From positions 159,495 to 223,494 of the forward strand of contig JAGVVZ010000001.1 of NCBI GenBank assembly GCA_018304545.1: DNA of 64,000 bases, given 5' to 3'. This document shows positions 48,931 to 58,271 of the stretch, piece after piece; within the stretch, counting starts at the first letter, position 1, and the number at the start of each line of letters is the position of its first letter. The notes beneath the pieces were generated by a model. That model was not told the origin of the DNA, did not search any database, and saw only the letters and a program-made list of their open reading frames with translations. A program made the translations under genes and the position numbers. The stretch is from Candidatus Aenigmatarchaeota archaeon. Lineage in GTDB: Archaea > Aenigmatarchaeota > Aenigmatarchaeia > CG10238-14.

Positions 48931-49647
48931 ATGAAAAATGCGATTGAAATAAAAGGTCTAACAAAAATTTTTGGAGAATTGAAAGCCGTTGATAATGTTA
49001 CTTTATCAATAAAAGAAGGTGAACTTTTTGGTTTTCTAGGTCCGAATGGTTCTGGAAAAACAACAACAGTAAAAATGTTGACAGGTCAGATAAAACCAAC
49101 AAAAGGAAATGCTACAATCCTTGGAAAAGATATTTTAAGAAGTCCTATAGAAATTAGAGAAATTGTAGGTATAATGCCTGAACAGGAAAACCCTCCAAGT
49201 TTCCTAACAGCTGAGGAATATCTTCATTTTGTAGCAAAGATAAGAAAATTGGATAATATAAAAGAGAAAAGTGACTATTGGTTCGAATTTCTAGATTTTG
49301 AAAATCAGAAAAATGTTCTCTGCAAAGATTTGTCACGTGGAACCAGACAAAAATTGATGTTTGCACAAACATTTTTACATAATCCCAAGTTGGTGTTTAT
49401 AGACGAACCGCTGATTAATCTAGATCCAATAATACAAAAGAAAGTGAAAGATTATCTTCAAAATTTTGTAAAAAGTGGGAGAACAATATTTTTTTGTACG
49501 CATGTATTAGAGATAGCTGAAGAAATATGTACAAATATAGGAATAATCTATAATGGAAAACTTATTTTCAAAGGTCCTATGAAGGATTTGAAAAGAAGGG
49601 GGCAACATCTGGAAGACTTCTTTTTGAAATTAGTAAAAGAGGCCTGA
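48931..49647 (+). CDS. ABC transporter ATP-binding protein
   Basis: GPNGSGKTT, LSRGTRQK, IDEP, THVL. Confidence 0.95.
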   Translation: MKNAIEIKGLTKIFGELKAVDNVTLSIKEGELFGFLGPNGSGKTTTVKMLTGQIKPTKGNATILGKDILRSPIEIREIVGIMPEQENPPSFLTAEEYLHFVAKIRKLDNIKEKSDYWFEFLDFENQKNVLCKDLSRGTRQKLMFAQTFLHNPKLVFIDEPLINLDPIIQKKVKDYLQNFVKSGRTIFFCTHVLEIAEEICTNIGIIYNGKLIFKGPMKDLKRRGQHLEDFFLKLVKEA

Positions 49648-49648
49648 A

Positions 49649-51055
49649 ATGTTTGAAATTCTAATGAGTATGATAAAAGAAGAATGGCGTATTCATTCAA
49701 CCATATTTAGTGGCATGAAATTCTTCTTGTTTCCTTTTGTGATTTCCTTATTTGTATTTCTTGTTTCTCTACTTTTTTCAATTTTTAGCTCTATTATAAC
49801 ATTTAATCAAATTGCTTTGTTAATTCATTATCTTTTTGTGTTATTTGGTTTGAGTGTTGGGGCATTTGGTTTGCTTGGCAGGGAAATTATGAACAGGAGA
49901 TTCGAACAAGCAAGCATGATTGCATATTCATCCAGAACTTTGCCGTTATCTGAAAAAAGAATATTGCTGAATTTTTTCATTAAAGATATAATTTACTATT
50001 TTCTTTTATGGATTTTGCCGGTTGTAGTGGGATTTGCAATTGCATCTCCAATAATTTCAGTAAATCTAAATTATTCTTTCATATTGCTGACAACTTTAAC
50101 ACTGTCATTTCTTATCGGGTTGTCTATTTCGTTTTTCCTATCAACAATATACGTTCATTCTATGAAACTGCTTATTGGTATTTTGTCATTGACCATAATT
50201 TCAGGAGTATTTACAAACAGATACTTTCATACAAATGTGATGGAGTTATTACCATCAATAACATTTTTCTTTAATCCTTCTATGAATTTGATAATTGCAT
50301 CTTTGGCAATTGTAGTTATTCTATCTTCATTTTCTATATTTTTCTTCAAAGTTGATTATGCTGAAAAAAAGAGGATGTTCAAGAATCATTTTAATGTGTT
50401 GTCAAACATTTTTAGATTCAACAAATACTCGATTTTTATTGCAAAGGATATTTTGGATATGAACAGAAGCGGTGGCGGGATGGGAAAAATACTATTCTCA
50501 CTATTATTTCCACTGATAATTATCTGGTTAATGCTTTCAATTTTCCTGAAACTTTTGCCTACCACTAATACGCTCATAATGTTTTCAATATTTTTGGGTG
50601 TTATGTCATCTTCAATATATAATTGGCTCACAGAGTTCGATTTGTTCACTGCATACTCTTTTCTTCCTATCAAAACATCTGAAGTGATAAAAGGTAAACT
50701 CAATACTTATGTATTGCTAAATATAATTTCACTAATTATTTTAATCGTTGTGGCATTAGTAACAAGCATTTTGAATTATTTATTGCCGTCAATTGCGTCT
50801 TTCATAATGGTGTCATTTTATTCATTAGCTGTGACTGTATATTTGACAGGTCTCCATCCAAACATCCTTTTATATGATGCAAAAATACTCTTGGCATACG
50901 TTTTATTAATATCTCCTGTTTTATTGGCATTGATATTTCTCTCTGTATTAAATCCATTTTATCTTTTAATGAGTCCATTATTGATGGTGCTATCTATTTG
51001 CCTGATTAAAAAAAGTTTCAAAAAATGGGATGATTGGGAACAACAAAGTTTTTAA
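49649..51055 (+). CDS. ABC-2-type exporter permease
   Basis: About 12 TMs; adjacent to the ABC ATPase. Confidence 0.8.
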   Translation: MFEILMSMIKEEWRIHSTIFSGMKFFLFPFVISLFVFLVSLLFSIFSSIITFNQIALLIHYLFVLFGLSVGAFGLLGREIMNRRFEQASMIAYSSRTLPLSEKRILLNFFIKDIIYYFLLWILPVVVGFAIASPIISVNLNYSFILLTTLTLSFLIGLSISFFLSTIYVHSMKLLIGILSLTIISGVFTNRYFHTNVMELLPSITFFFNPSMNLIIASLAIVVILSSFSIFFFKVDYAEKKRMFKNHFNVLSNIFRFNKYSIFIAKDILDMNRSGGGMGKILFSLLFPLIIIWLMLSIFLKLLPTTNTLIMFSIFLGVMSSSIYNWLTEFDLFTAYSFLPIKTSEVIKGKLNTYVLLNIISLIILIVVALVTSILNYLLPSIASFIMVSFYSLAVTVYLTGLHPNILLYDAKILLAYVLLISPVLLALIFLSVLNPFYLLMSPLLMVLSICLIKKSFKKWDDWEQQSF

Positions 51056-51067
51056 TGACAGAACAAT

Positions 51068-51169
51068 AAAACCTAATATGAATTTTTTGTTTTCTTCACA
51101 AATTTCTATACTGAATTTAAGTCTTTTAATTCCAGAATTGAGTCTTTGTTTGTAATTATGAATATCCAT
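51068..51169 (-). pseudogene. N-terminal remnant of archaeal tyrosine recombinase/integrase
   Basis: MDIHNYKQRL...EICEENKKFILGF resembles the N-terminus of DPANN-type integrases (from recall); frame then runs into the permease antisense. Confidence 0.65.
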
Positions 51170-51259
51170 AGTGTTGCGTGTGTATATACACTTTGTTAGA
51201 AAAATATAATCAAATAAAGGAGATAAAAATAAATGCATCAGATCCAATATAATAATACT

Positions 51260-51715
51260 ATGAAACTGAATTCAATTTTATTGGTTGCTATTTTACTAAT
51301 TTCTATAGTTCTAGTTAGCGGATGCGTCCAGCAAACTAAAACTACCGAGACATCCACAACCACCATTGCAAGTGCTACTACAACAAGCACTGTCTCTGCA
51401 ACATCAACTACTTCTGAAACTGTTGAAACAAGTGGAGCAAAGATCTTTGATATAACCGCCAAACAGTGGGAATTCGTACCAGGCACGATACGTGTCAAGA
51501 AAGGCGATCATGTAAGACTCAACATAAAAACCGCGGATGTGACACATGGATTTTCTTTGCCTGAATACGGCATCAGCCAAAGCATAAATCCGGGAAAAAC
51601 TACGGTGATCGAATTTACGGCTGACAAAGTCGGTAGTTTCCCATTTTACTGCAACGTGCCTTGCGGCTCAGGACATATTTCTATGAAAGGAATGCTGATA
51701 GTAAGCGAGAGTTAA
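51260..51715 (+). CDS. Cupredoxin (CuA-type) lipoprotein
   Basis: VSGC lipobox, Thr-rich linker, DVTHGF and CNVPCGSGHISM. Confidence 0.88.
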   Translation: MKLNSILLVAILLISIVLVSGCVQQTKTTETSTTTIASATTTSTVSATSTTSETVETSGAKIFDITAKQWEFVPGTIRVKKGDHVRLNIKTADVTHGFSLPEYGISQSINPGKTTVIEFTADKVGSFPFYCNVPCGSGHISMKGMLIVSES

Positions 51716-52125
51716 CGCTGTTGCTGGCCCAAAGATCTAATTTGCTGATTTTCAAGCAGTTGTTGTTTTTGAAGTAATTGTAAAGCTTCGGGAGTTAACC
51801 CTTTCTCTACAGTTATATTCTTGATAATTCCGGCATTGACACTTTGAACAACAACTATAGTCTCATTCCTGTTTTGATCGTATACTAGCTGCCGTTGATT
51901 ACAATAGCAACTATCATCTTTCACGAATGCGTACTCTGTATTTGCTAAAAAACAGAATTTCTCACAATTTTTTATTATCTCTCCATAAGGTTGCTTAACA
52001 AACAGATCAACATTAATTTTTGAAACCAGTCTTGGTAGGTAAAACACGCCAACAAGTAAAGCAAGCATAATTAAGAGATAAAGAACGTGTTTTCTTCTTA
52101 TCTGGAAATATTCGTTTTTCTGCAT
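51712..52125 (-). CDS. Membrane-anchored hypothetical protein (four Cys)
   Basis: N-terminal TM; CEKFC..CYC. Confidence 0.7.
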   Translation of the reverse strand: MQKNEYFQIRRKHVLYLLIMLALLVGVFYLPRLVSKINVDLFVKQPYGEIIKNCEKFCFLANTEYAFVKDDSCYCNQRQLVYDQNRNETIVVVQSVNAGIIKNITVEKGLTPEALQLLQKQQLLENQQIRSLGQQQR

Positions 52126-52179
52126 TTGAATCAGCCCTAGTAGATATGTTTATTATCTTTCTTTTTAAAAATAAATAAT

Positions 52180-52581
52180 ATGAAAGATCGCAAATCAGTA
52201 ATGATTAGAAATATCACTATTCTAATCCTTATTGCTCTTGCCCTTGTTTTAGGAACATTGTATCAAAACTATAAAAATTCGAATCCTACCGGTAAAGTCG
52301 TTAAAGCTTCAGAAGCAGAAAAGGCAGCTGCGATAATACAACATATCAAGAAATTCCCAGAAATCCAAAAATTCTCTTTCAATGATTATGATGTATATTG
52401 GCTAAGCGAAGAAGATGTGAATGAATTGTCAGCAAAAGAGCCTCTGATTTATGGCAATCTGCCTGGTGGAGTCTACAAAATAGAGCTTAAAGGATATGAC
52501 AGCAACTTGCTTGTGTTTTATCATTTGGAATCTGATAGAATAGTCGAAAAATTCAACGTTCTGTCGTCAAAATTCGCCTAG
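52180..52581 (+). CDS. Membrane-anchored hypothetical protein
   Basis: N-terminal TM followed by PTGKVV. Confidence 0.7.
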   Translation: MKDRKSVMIRNITILILIALALVLGTLYQNYKNSNPTGKVVKASEAEKAAAIIQHIKKFPEIQKFSFNDYDVYWLSEEDVNELSAKEPLIYGNLPGGVYKIELKGYDSNLLVFYHLESDRIVEKFNVLSSKFA

Positions 52582-52617
52582 AACTATTTTTTTAATTAAC
52601 AAAATCAAGTTTAATAT

Positions 52618-55092
52618 GTGATAGAAAAAAAATTACTATATTTTATTATTGCGTCAGTCACGGCAATTAACATAGCCTACTCTCTTCCTATACTTCAAGA
52701 TCAATCCCCGCCCAGCGGTAGTTATTGGCCCGGAGGTCTGACCAACTTCTCAGTATACGTAACTGAAGGCGCGTTGAATACATCTGACGTATATATGGAG
52801 ATTAAAGCTGCTGAAGAAACGAGTAGAATGATATGGGATAGACACTACTTGGGCTGTATAAATATAAACGAAAACACTCACTTTTGTAGTAAATTGGTAT
52901 CGCTCCTTATAGTTGGCGATGATACACTAGAATCCTTTTATTTCAATGCATCCGATACATTTGGCAATTATGGATCACTGGGTAATAAAACACATCCTCT
53001 AAATATCACAGTAGATATAAATCCTCCTTTAATAACAGCAGTTAATGTTGCCAACTATTCCTATGTCAGTTCAAAAAAAGAGATTTTATTCAATATTTTT
53101 GATAGGTCATCCGGCGTCAATATAACTCTAAGTCAGGGTGCTTATGGCAATACAACATCAAGATATGGCAATGAAACGTGGAATTCATCATATACACCGA
53201 TGACATATACAAGCCCTCTTTTTTCAATGAAATTAAACTATTCAGCCCTAGTCAACAACGGCACGTATTCTGTATATGTAAATGCCACGGATAATGTGAA
53301 CAATGTGAACGAAAGCAAAATATTGGATTTGCGGATTGATAATGAATTGCCTACTGTAAATGTATATTCACCGTCATCAAACATGTTACTCTACGGGACC
53401 TCCCCTTTGTTGATAAACGCACAAGATGCACTATCTGCCATTAAGACATCAAGCATATATTTTGTAGTCAAAAGCGATCAAACGAGCAGGTATTCGAATG
53501 CTATGAGTTGCACTGGCCAAACAGAAAAAAATGTTAATTGCTCATATTCACTATACACAAATCCGTTGGGAAACGGGGATTTCAAACTGGTTTATGTTGT
53601 GAATGATATGGCTGAAAATGAAAAAAATCAGACTATTGATTTTAAAATTGACAATTCATTTTTGCAGCTATACATAAACTCTCCCATAGACAATAGCTAT
53701 ACAAACAGATCTACTACCATCAATGCAAATATAGCAAATCATGAAAACAGGATTCAAACGGTAAAATTCAGATTTGATCCGTCGAATGATCCGTGGGCCA
53801 TTATGAACTGCGATCAGAACTTTTATTGCGATTACACATGGAATACTAACACGCTTCAAGAGAGAAGCTATACATTGACTGTTAACGCCACAGGAAATTT
53901 TAATTATCACCTCAACAAATCGACAACAGTGACTGTGGATAGAACACTGCCTCAGTTATACATAATCGGGCCTTCGAACACCACCATAACTGGAGCTGCA
54001 TATCCGCAGTTGACAATTACGGACGAAAACTTAGTAAACTCGAGCGCAGTTAAATTCAGAATCGGTAACATATCTTCTTCCATGAGCTGCTCAGAACAGC
54101 TATTCGGAAAATTATACAATTGCGTTGGCAGTTTCAATTCTTATATGCTCGATAACGGCACATATCCTCTGTTATATGAGGGAGCAGACTATGCTGGAAA
54201 CAGAAATACAAGTCAGATTGGAATATTGATAGCTAATCCTCCTGGATCAAATGAGATCTATAGTAATGTTTCAATAGGCAACACAACTAATGCTACAATG
54301 AATTTTACATTCCCAACAATTAATTTAACAGTTACAACAACTACGATCAAAACTGATAAAAACATAACAGCTATTTTTGATTCTGGCAAACAAACGAATG
54401 TAATCAATGAAACAAAAAACATAACGATAATTCAGATGCTGTCGTCTCCAATAGAATCAGCCGTCAATTCTTTCAAAAATTTCTCATCAATAGAAAAAAT
54501 AGCAAGTATTTCTATATTAATTGCAACCATTGCTGGCGTTATACTTTTTATAATCGGAAGAAAGACGGTGAAAAAGCCGCCTAAAATAGAGATTCTATCC
54601 ATAGAAAATATAGACAGCCTCTTTGTAGAGGAGAGAAGCAAACTGCAATTCGCCTATAATTACATAACTTCCGCCTTTGGTATGAACGAAATAACAACAC
54701 TAAAAGATTATGTGAAAAATGCCTTCGGTTATTTGGAGAAAATGGATAAGACATCTTTCCTAAAATCTGGGTTTGAAAAATCATTAGAATTCATGGACAA
54801 ATCATTAAACACAGAATTATCCCAGTTTATCAAGGATAGTATAAACCAAATATATGTAGATGACAAGGGAAAAGAAGTGAACAGAACAAGGTTTATTGAA
54901 GATATCAAATCAAACTTAGACGAGGCTCTGGGAACGGATGATATAAACAAGGCACACGAAACGCTCGGAATAGCAAAAAGCAGAATAGAGGAGTTCATCA
55001 AATTTTCGGATAAAGAGATAGAAATGTGGAAGAAATACATGGAAAAAGCTAATAACTTACAAAAAACTACGGATAAGGAAAAACAAAAATAA
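52618..55092 (+). CDS. Ig-like repeat surface glycoprotein with TM and cytoplasmic helical domain
   Basis: Repeated (V/I)DxxxP domain boundaries, A.D..GN motifs, many NxS/T sites, TM near residue 640. Confidence 0.8.
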   Translation: MIEKKLLYFIIASVTAINIAYSLPILQDQSPPSGSYWPGGLTNFSVYVTEGALNTSDVYMEIKAAEETSRMIWDRHYLGCININENTHFCSKLVSLLIVGDDTLESFYFNASDTFGNYGSLGNKTHPLNITVDINPPLITAVNVANYSYVSSKKEILFNIFDRSSGVNITLSQGAYGNTTSRYGNETWNSSYTPMTYTSPLFSMKLNYSALVNNGTYSVYVNATDNVNNVNESKILDLRIDNELPTVNVYSPSSNMLLYGTSPLLINAQDALSAIKTSSIYFVVKSDQTSRYSNAMSCTGQTEKNVNCSYSLYTNPLGNGDFKLVYVVNDMAENEKNQTIDFKIDNSFLQLYINSPIDNSYTNRSTTINANIANHENRIQTVKFRFDPSNDPWAIMNCDQNFYCDYTWNTNTLQERSYTLTVNATGNFNYHLNKSTTVTVDRTLPQLYIIGPSNTTITGAAYPQLTITDENLVNSSAVKFRIGNISSSMSCSEQLFGKLYNCVGSFNSYMLDNGTYPLLYEGADYAGNRNTSQIGILIANPPGSNEIYSNVSIGNTTNATMNFTFPTINLTVTTTTIKTDKNITAIFDSGKQTNVINETKNITIIQMLSSPIESAVNSFKNFSSIEKIASISILIATIAGVILFIIGRKTVKKPPKIEILSIENIDSLFVEERSKLQFAYNYITSAFGMNEITTLKDYVKNAFGYLEKMDKTSFLKSGFEKSLEFMDKSLNTELSQFIKDSINQIYVDDKGKEVNRTRFIEDIKSNLDEALGTDDINKAHETLGIAKSRIEEFIKFSDKEIEMWKKYMEKANNLQKTTDKEKQK

Positions 55093-55119
55093 TTTCTATT
55101 AAAAAGAAAATATATTGGT

Positions 55120-56307
55120 ATGAGTTATGTTGATTTTGCGATTGCTGTTTCTGTATTTGTCGTGTTTTTTGCTGTAGTCATAATAGTTGCAACGAATTAT
55201 TTCTCCAATTTGGCCAGTCTGAATAAAAGAGAGGAATACAAACAAGTTGCAACGAATTATTTCAACCAAATTTTCACCAAAAAGGGAACTCCCAGCAACT
55301 GGGAGGATGATCCAAACAACGCTCCGGTTGAATTGGGTCTAGCCGATTTCTTATATCAAACGCCTATTCTTGTGATTGAAAATGGGAATTTATTAAGGAG
55401 CAACGAGCCCATAACGACTAGGATTGTTTTTGATGAAGATTGCGTCAACAAAGTATGGAATAACACGTTTAGAATATATGACGAGGACAACAACGCAACA
55501 AAGTATGAGTTATCAAACGTTGCATTCTGCACCAGTCAGTATCTCAAAGAAGCTAATATAACATGGGCTGCCAATCTATCAGCAAACGAAGAGATAAGAT
55601 ACTACGTTTACTATTCTGGAAATGACGATATAACGGGACCTGGATACAGCACGTCTTTCAGCACATCCGATTGGGTGCCGAACAATGGCGACAGTTATAC
55701 GGAAGCCATTACTGACTGGAGTAGGTATGGCGGTGCGAGTGGTTCGGTGGCTTTGGATAATGGGGATAAAATAAAAGGAACTGGAAGCGTCAACATAACT
55801 GGTACCTTCAACTCTTCTCAACTAGGCATGAAATACGATCCTTCTGCTCTTATCACTGGCGTAGACAACAACTGGTATTTAGATGCGTGGGTGAAAATAG
55901 ATGATAAGACCGGAATAGACGGGGGTAAATTCTTTGTCAAAGACAATAATGAAACAATTGATGTAAATATCATAAGCAATATGACAAGCAACACGTGGTA
56001 TCATTTTCTAGTTCAACTGAATTCGGGGGCTGGCTGGAGCAATTGGGCTACATTCAATGCGACAAACGGAATAGATTACGTTATCTTTGAAGCTACAAAC
56101 AGTTCATCTGGATTGACTAGAACGCTAAAAATAGATAATTTATTCTTTAGGAAAAAACCCCTTGACTTGACTGTTTTTCCAGAGAAAAGAATAGAAACCT
56201 TATCCTCAACCAAATTAGATGCGTTGAAAAACAAAAGCGTAGATGAAATCAAAAAAACAATTGGAGAAGATTACAAAGTCAGAATAGAGGTGATTAAAAA
56301 TAAGTAA
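55120..56307 (+). CDS. Type IV pilin-like protein with large C-terminal domain
   Basis: MSYVDFAIA hydrophobic N-terminus; G.P.NW..GL motif. Confidence 0.7.
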   Translation: MSYVDFAIAVSVFVVFFAVVIIVATNYFSNLASLNKREEYKQVATNYFNQIFTKKGTPSNWEDDPNNAPVELGLADFLYQTPILVIENGNLLRSNEPITTRIVFDEDCVNKVWNNTFRIYDEDNNATKYELSNVAFCTSQYLKEANITWAANLSANEEIRYYVYYSGNDDITGPGYSTSFSTSDWVPNNGDSYTEAITDWSRYGGASGSVALDNGDKIKGTGSVNITGTFNSSQLGMKYDPSALITGVDNNWYLDAWVKIDDKTGIDGGKFFVKDNNETIDVNIISNMTSNTWYHFLVQLNSGAGWSNWATFNATNGIDYVIFEATNSSSGLTRTLKIDNLFFRKKPLDLTVFPEKRIETLSSTKLDALKNKSVDEIKKTIGEDYKVRIEVIKNK

Positions 56308-56704
56308 GGGCTCTATGTTTGTATTAGAAGTTATTCTTGGTATATTGATGATTTTATTCATAGTTGTCTACCTGTTCAGAAATCCTGTATCAGTGTCTAG
56401 TTCTAGATTCGTGGATTTTAAAATTCAGATATACGAAGCTCTGGCATCATTAGACAAAACAGGAGATTTAAGAAAAATGGCTGTAGACAATAATGTAAAT
56501 GGCATAAAAACTGATCTTAATCCATTCTTGGCTGATCTTTTATCGTATGAAGTTGTGATATACAATTCCACTGCCAATATCACCAATTATCCTTCAAACA
56601 TAACAGTTCAAAACAACACTATAGCTGTAAGTTATTTCGTATCAGGTGATCTGGGAAAATACAGTCCAAGAGATATAAGGGTGTTCGCATGGGGATTTGA
56701 ATGA
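56300..56704 (+). CDS. Type IV pilin-like protein; probable ATA start at 56300
   Basis: GAGGTGA-N6-ATA gives MSKG/SMFVLEVILG class III signal peptide. Confidence 0.7.
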   Translation: MSKGSMFVLEVILGILMILFIVVYLFRNPVSVSSSRFVDFKIQIYEALASLDKTGDLRKMAVDNNVNGIKTDLNPFLADLLSYEVVIYNSTANITNYPSNITVQNNTIAVSYFVSGDLGKYSPRDIRVFAWGFE

Positions 56705-57321
56705 AAAACAAAGGCCAGATATTTTTAATATTGTCAGTCATCATCATAGTTGTATTCCTTCTCTTAAGAGGATCGGTTAACCTGCCGGATATAATACAAC
56801 GACAGAAAGATACTGGATCCAGATTTGAAAAAAGATTTTTCTCCAACACTATTGATGAGTTCCAAAAGGCAATTGAAATATCTTCGAAATATGACAACGT
56901 AAGCACAAACATTTTTGACTTTGCCAATTTCACAAGACAAAGAATGAGCGAAAGATTGAATGACCTTGATTTTCTGTTCGTTGCTACCTTATCTCAAAGA
57001 ACCGGCACAACCCTTAATGTTAGCGCAATCAATCTCATGAACAAGTCCATAAATCTCACTTTGACTCTGAACTCAACACCTTCTCAATCGCTGAACATGG
57101 ACAATTTTCTTGATAGAACGATGCGTGAGAATACATTCACAATAGCACAGGGAAATGATTATACGGTCACTATTTCTTACAATAGCACATACAATGAGAA
57201 CATGACGTTTATCACAAGAAACGGATTCAAATATTACAATGCATTTTTTGACATAACACTCAGAAGCAGGGACACGTCATATAAAGATAAGTTTCAAAGA
57301 ACATATAGATTAATATCATGA
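56701..57321 (+). CDS. Type IV pilin-like protein
   Basis: MKNKG/QIFLILSVIII class III signal peptide. Confidence 0.8.
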   Translation: MKNKGQIFLILSVIIIVVFLLLRGSVNLPDIIQRQKDTGSRFEKRFFSNTIDEFQKAIEISSKYDNVSTNIFDFANFTRQRMSERLNDLDFLFVATLSQRTGTTLNVSAINLMNKSINLTLTLNSTPSQSLNMDNFLDRTMRENTFTIAQGNDYTVTISYNSTYNENMTFITRNGFKYYNAFFDITLRSRDTSYKDKFQRTYRLIS

Positions 57322-57803
57322 TGAACAAAGGAGTCAGCCCATTCTTAGCAACATCATTGATCATTCTGTTCTCGATAATGACGGTTGGCATCGTGACAAC
57401 CGCTGTCAAACCTGTTTTGGATAGGACAAAGGATACGGCAACTACGAACGAGGGTTTCCATAATTTAGAGTTAATAGATGATACTATTCTAGAGGTAGCA
57501 TCAGAAGAGAAGGGATCAAGAAGAACCATATCAATAAAAATGAGCGATGGGAACCTGTATTTTGATCCATGGCTGGAGTATCTGAATTATACGTATAAGC
57601 TCAATTCAAACTTAGCCATATCAGGACAAAGAGGCAGAGTAAATGCAACAATATCAACAGACGTTCTAACACTCTTTATTAAGTACGACAGGATAGATCT
57701 ATCGAAAAATATTCACTTTCCTAAAGGCAGCAACCAAATAATAATAACCAATGAAGGCATCAATAGCACTGTCAACAAGCCGATGATAAATATAACATCG
57801 TAA
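57318..57803 (+). CDS. Type IV pilin-like protein
   Basis: MMNKG/VSPFLATSLII archaeal pilin N-terminus. Confidence 0.85.
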   Translation: MMNKGVSPFLATSLIILFSIMTVGIVTTAVKPVLDRTKDTATTNEGFHNLELIDDTILEVASEEKGSRRTISIKMSDGNLYFDPWLEYLNYTYKLNSNLAISGQRGRVNATISTDVLTLFIKYDRIDLSKNIHFPKGSNQIIITNEGINSTVNKPMINITS

Positions 57804-57860
57804 TAAGTAGCAGACTATAAAAGAAATTTATAATAATACCAAATACAGAATTACTAAAGT

Positions 57861-57998
57861 ATGTCTATCTGGAAAAATATTAAATGTCCTGGTTGCAAAA
57901 AACCGAACGAAAGAAATGAATTAAAACAGAGGGACGGACTGTGCCTATTCTGCGGCTACAAAATTGTCGGCAACCTCAATCATTTCGGTGGCAATTAA
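57861..57998 (+). CDS. 45-aa zinc-ribbon microprotein (missing from ORF track)
   Basis: MSIWKNIKCPGCKK..DGLCLFCGYKI; TTTATAA TATA about 30 nt upstream. Confidence 0.7.
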   Translation: MSIWKNIKCPGCKKPNERNELKQRDGLCLFCGYKIVGNLNHFGGN

Positions 57999-58210
57999 CC
58001 GAACATTCCAGACAACACATTTCCTAAATCATTTGCAGAAGATTTTTGTTCTTGATATGTATACGCTTCAATTGGCTTCTCACATTTGAAGCAAACCCAT
58101 CTTTTTGAACTCCTTTTCATGCACCTCTCACATCCTATTGAAAGGCAATTTTCACATTCCATCAATTCAATAGAAGAATTACTGCACTTAGGGCACTTGA
58201 TATCCATCAT
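57995..58210 (-). CDS. Eight-Cys zinc-finger small protein
   Basis: CPKC..CENC..CERC..CFKC. Confidence 0.75.
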   Translation of the reverse strand: MMDIKCPKCSNSSIELMECENCLSIGCERCMKRSSKRWVCFKCEKPIEAYTYQEQKSSANDLGNVLSGMFG

Positions 58211-58271
58211 ACAATTAATAATACCCTTCACAATATTTATACTATTTTAGATCAATTGAGTTGGAAGTGCA

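Larger units (their letters stand above)
43565..51169. mobile_element. Degenerate tRNA-adjacent genomic island
   Basis: Accessory genes start right after tRNA-Glu and end at an integrase N-terminal remnant; no att repeat seen. Confidence 0.5.

Noticed and set aside
55090-55122. Stop-codon readthrough fusing the Ig-repeat protein to the in-frame pilin
   Set aside because: TAA is a normal stop throughout the window, and a same-frame neighbour occurs by chance one time in three
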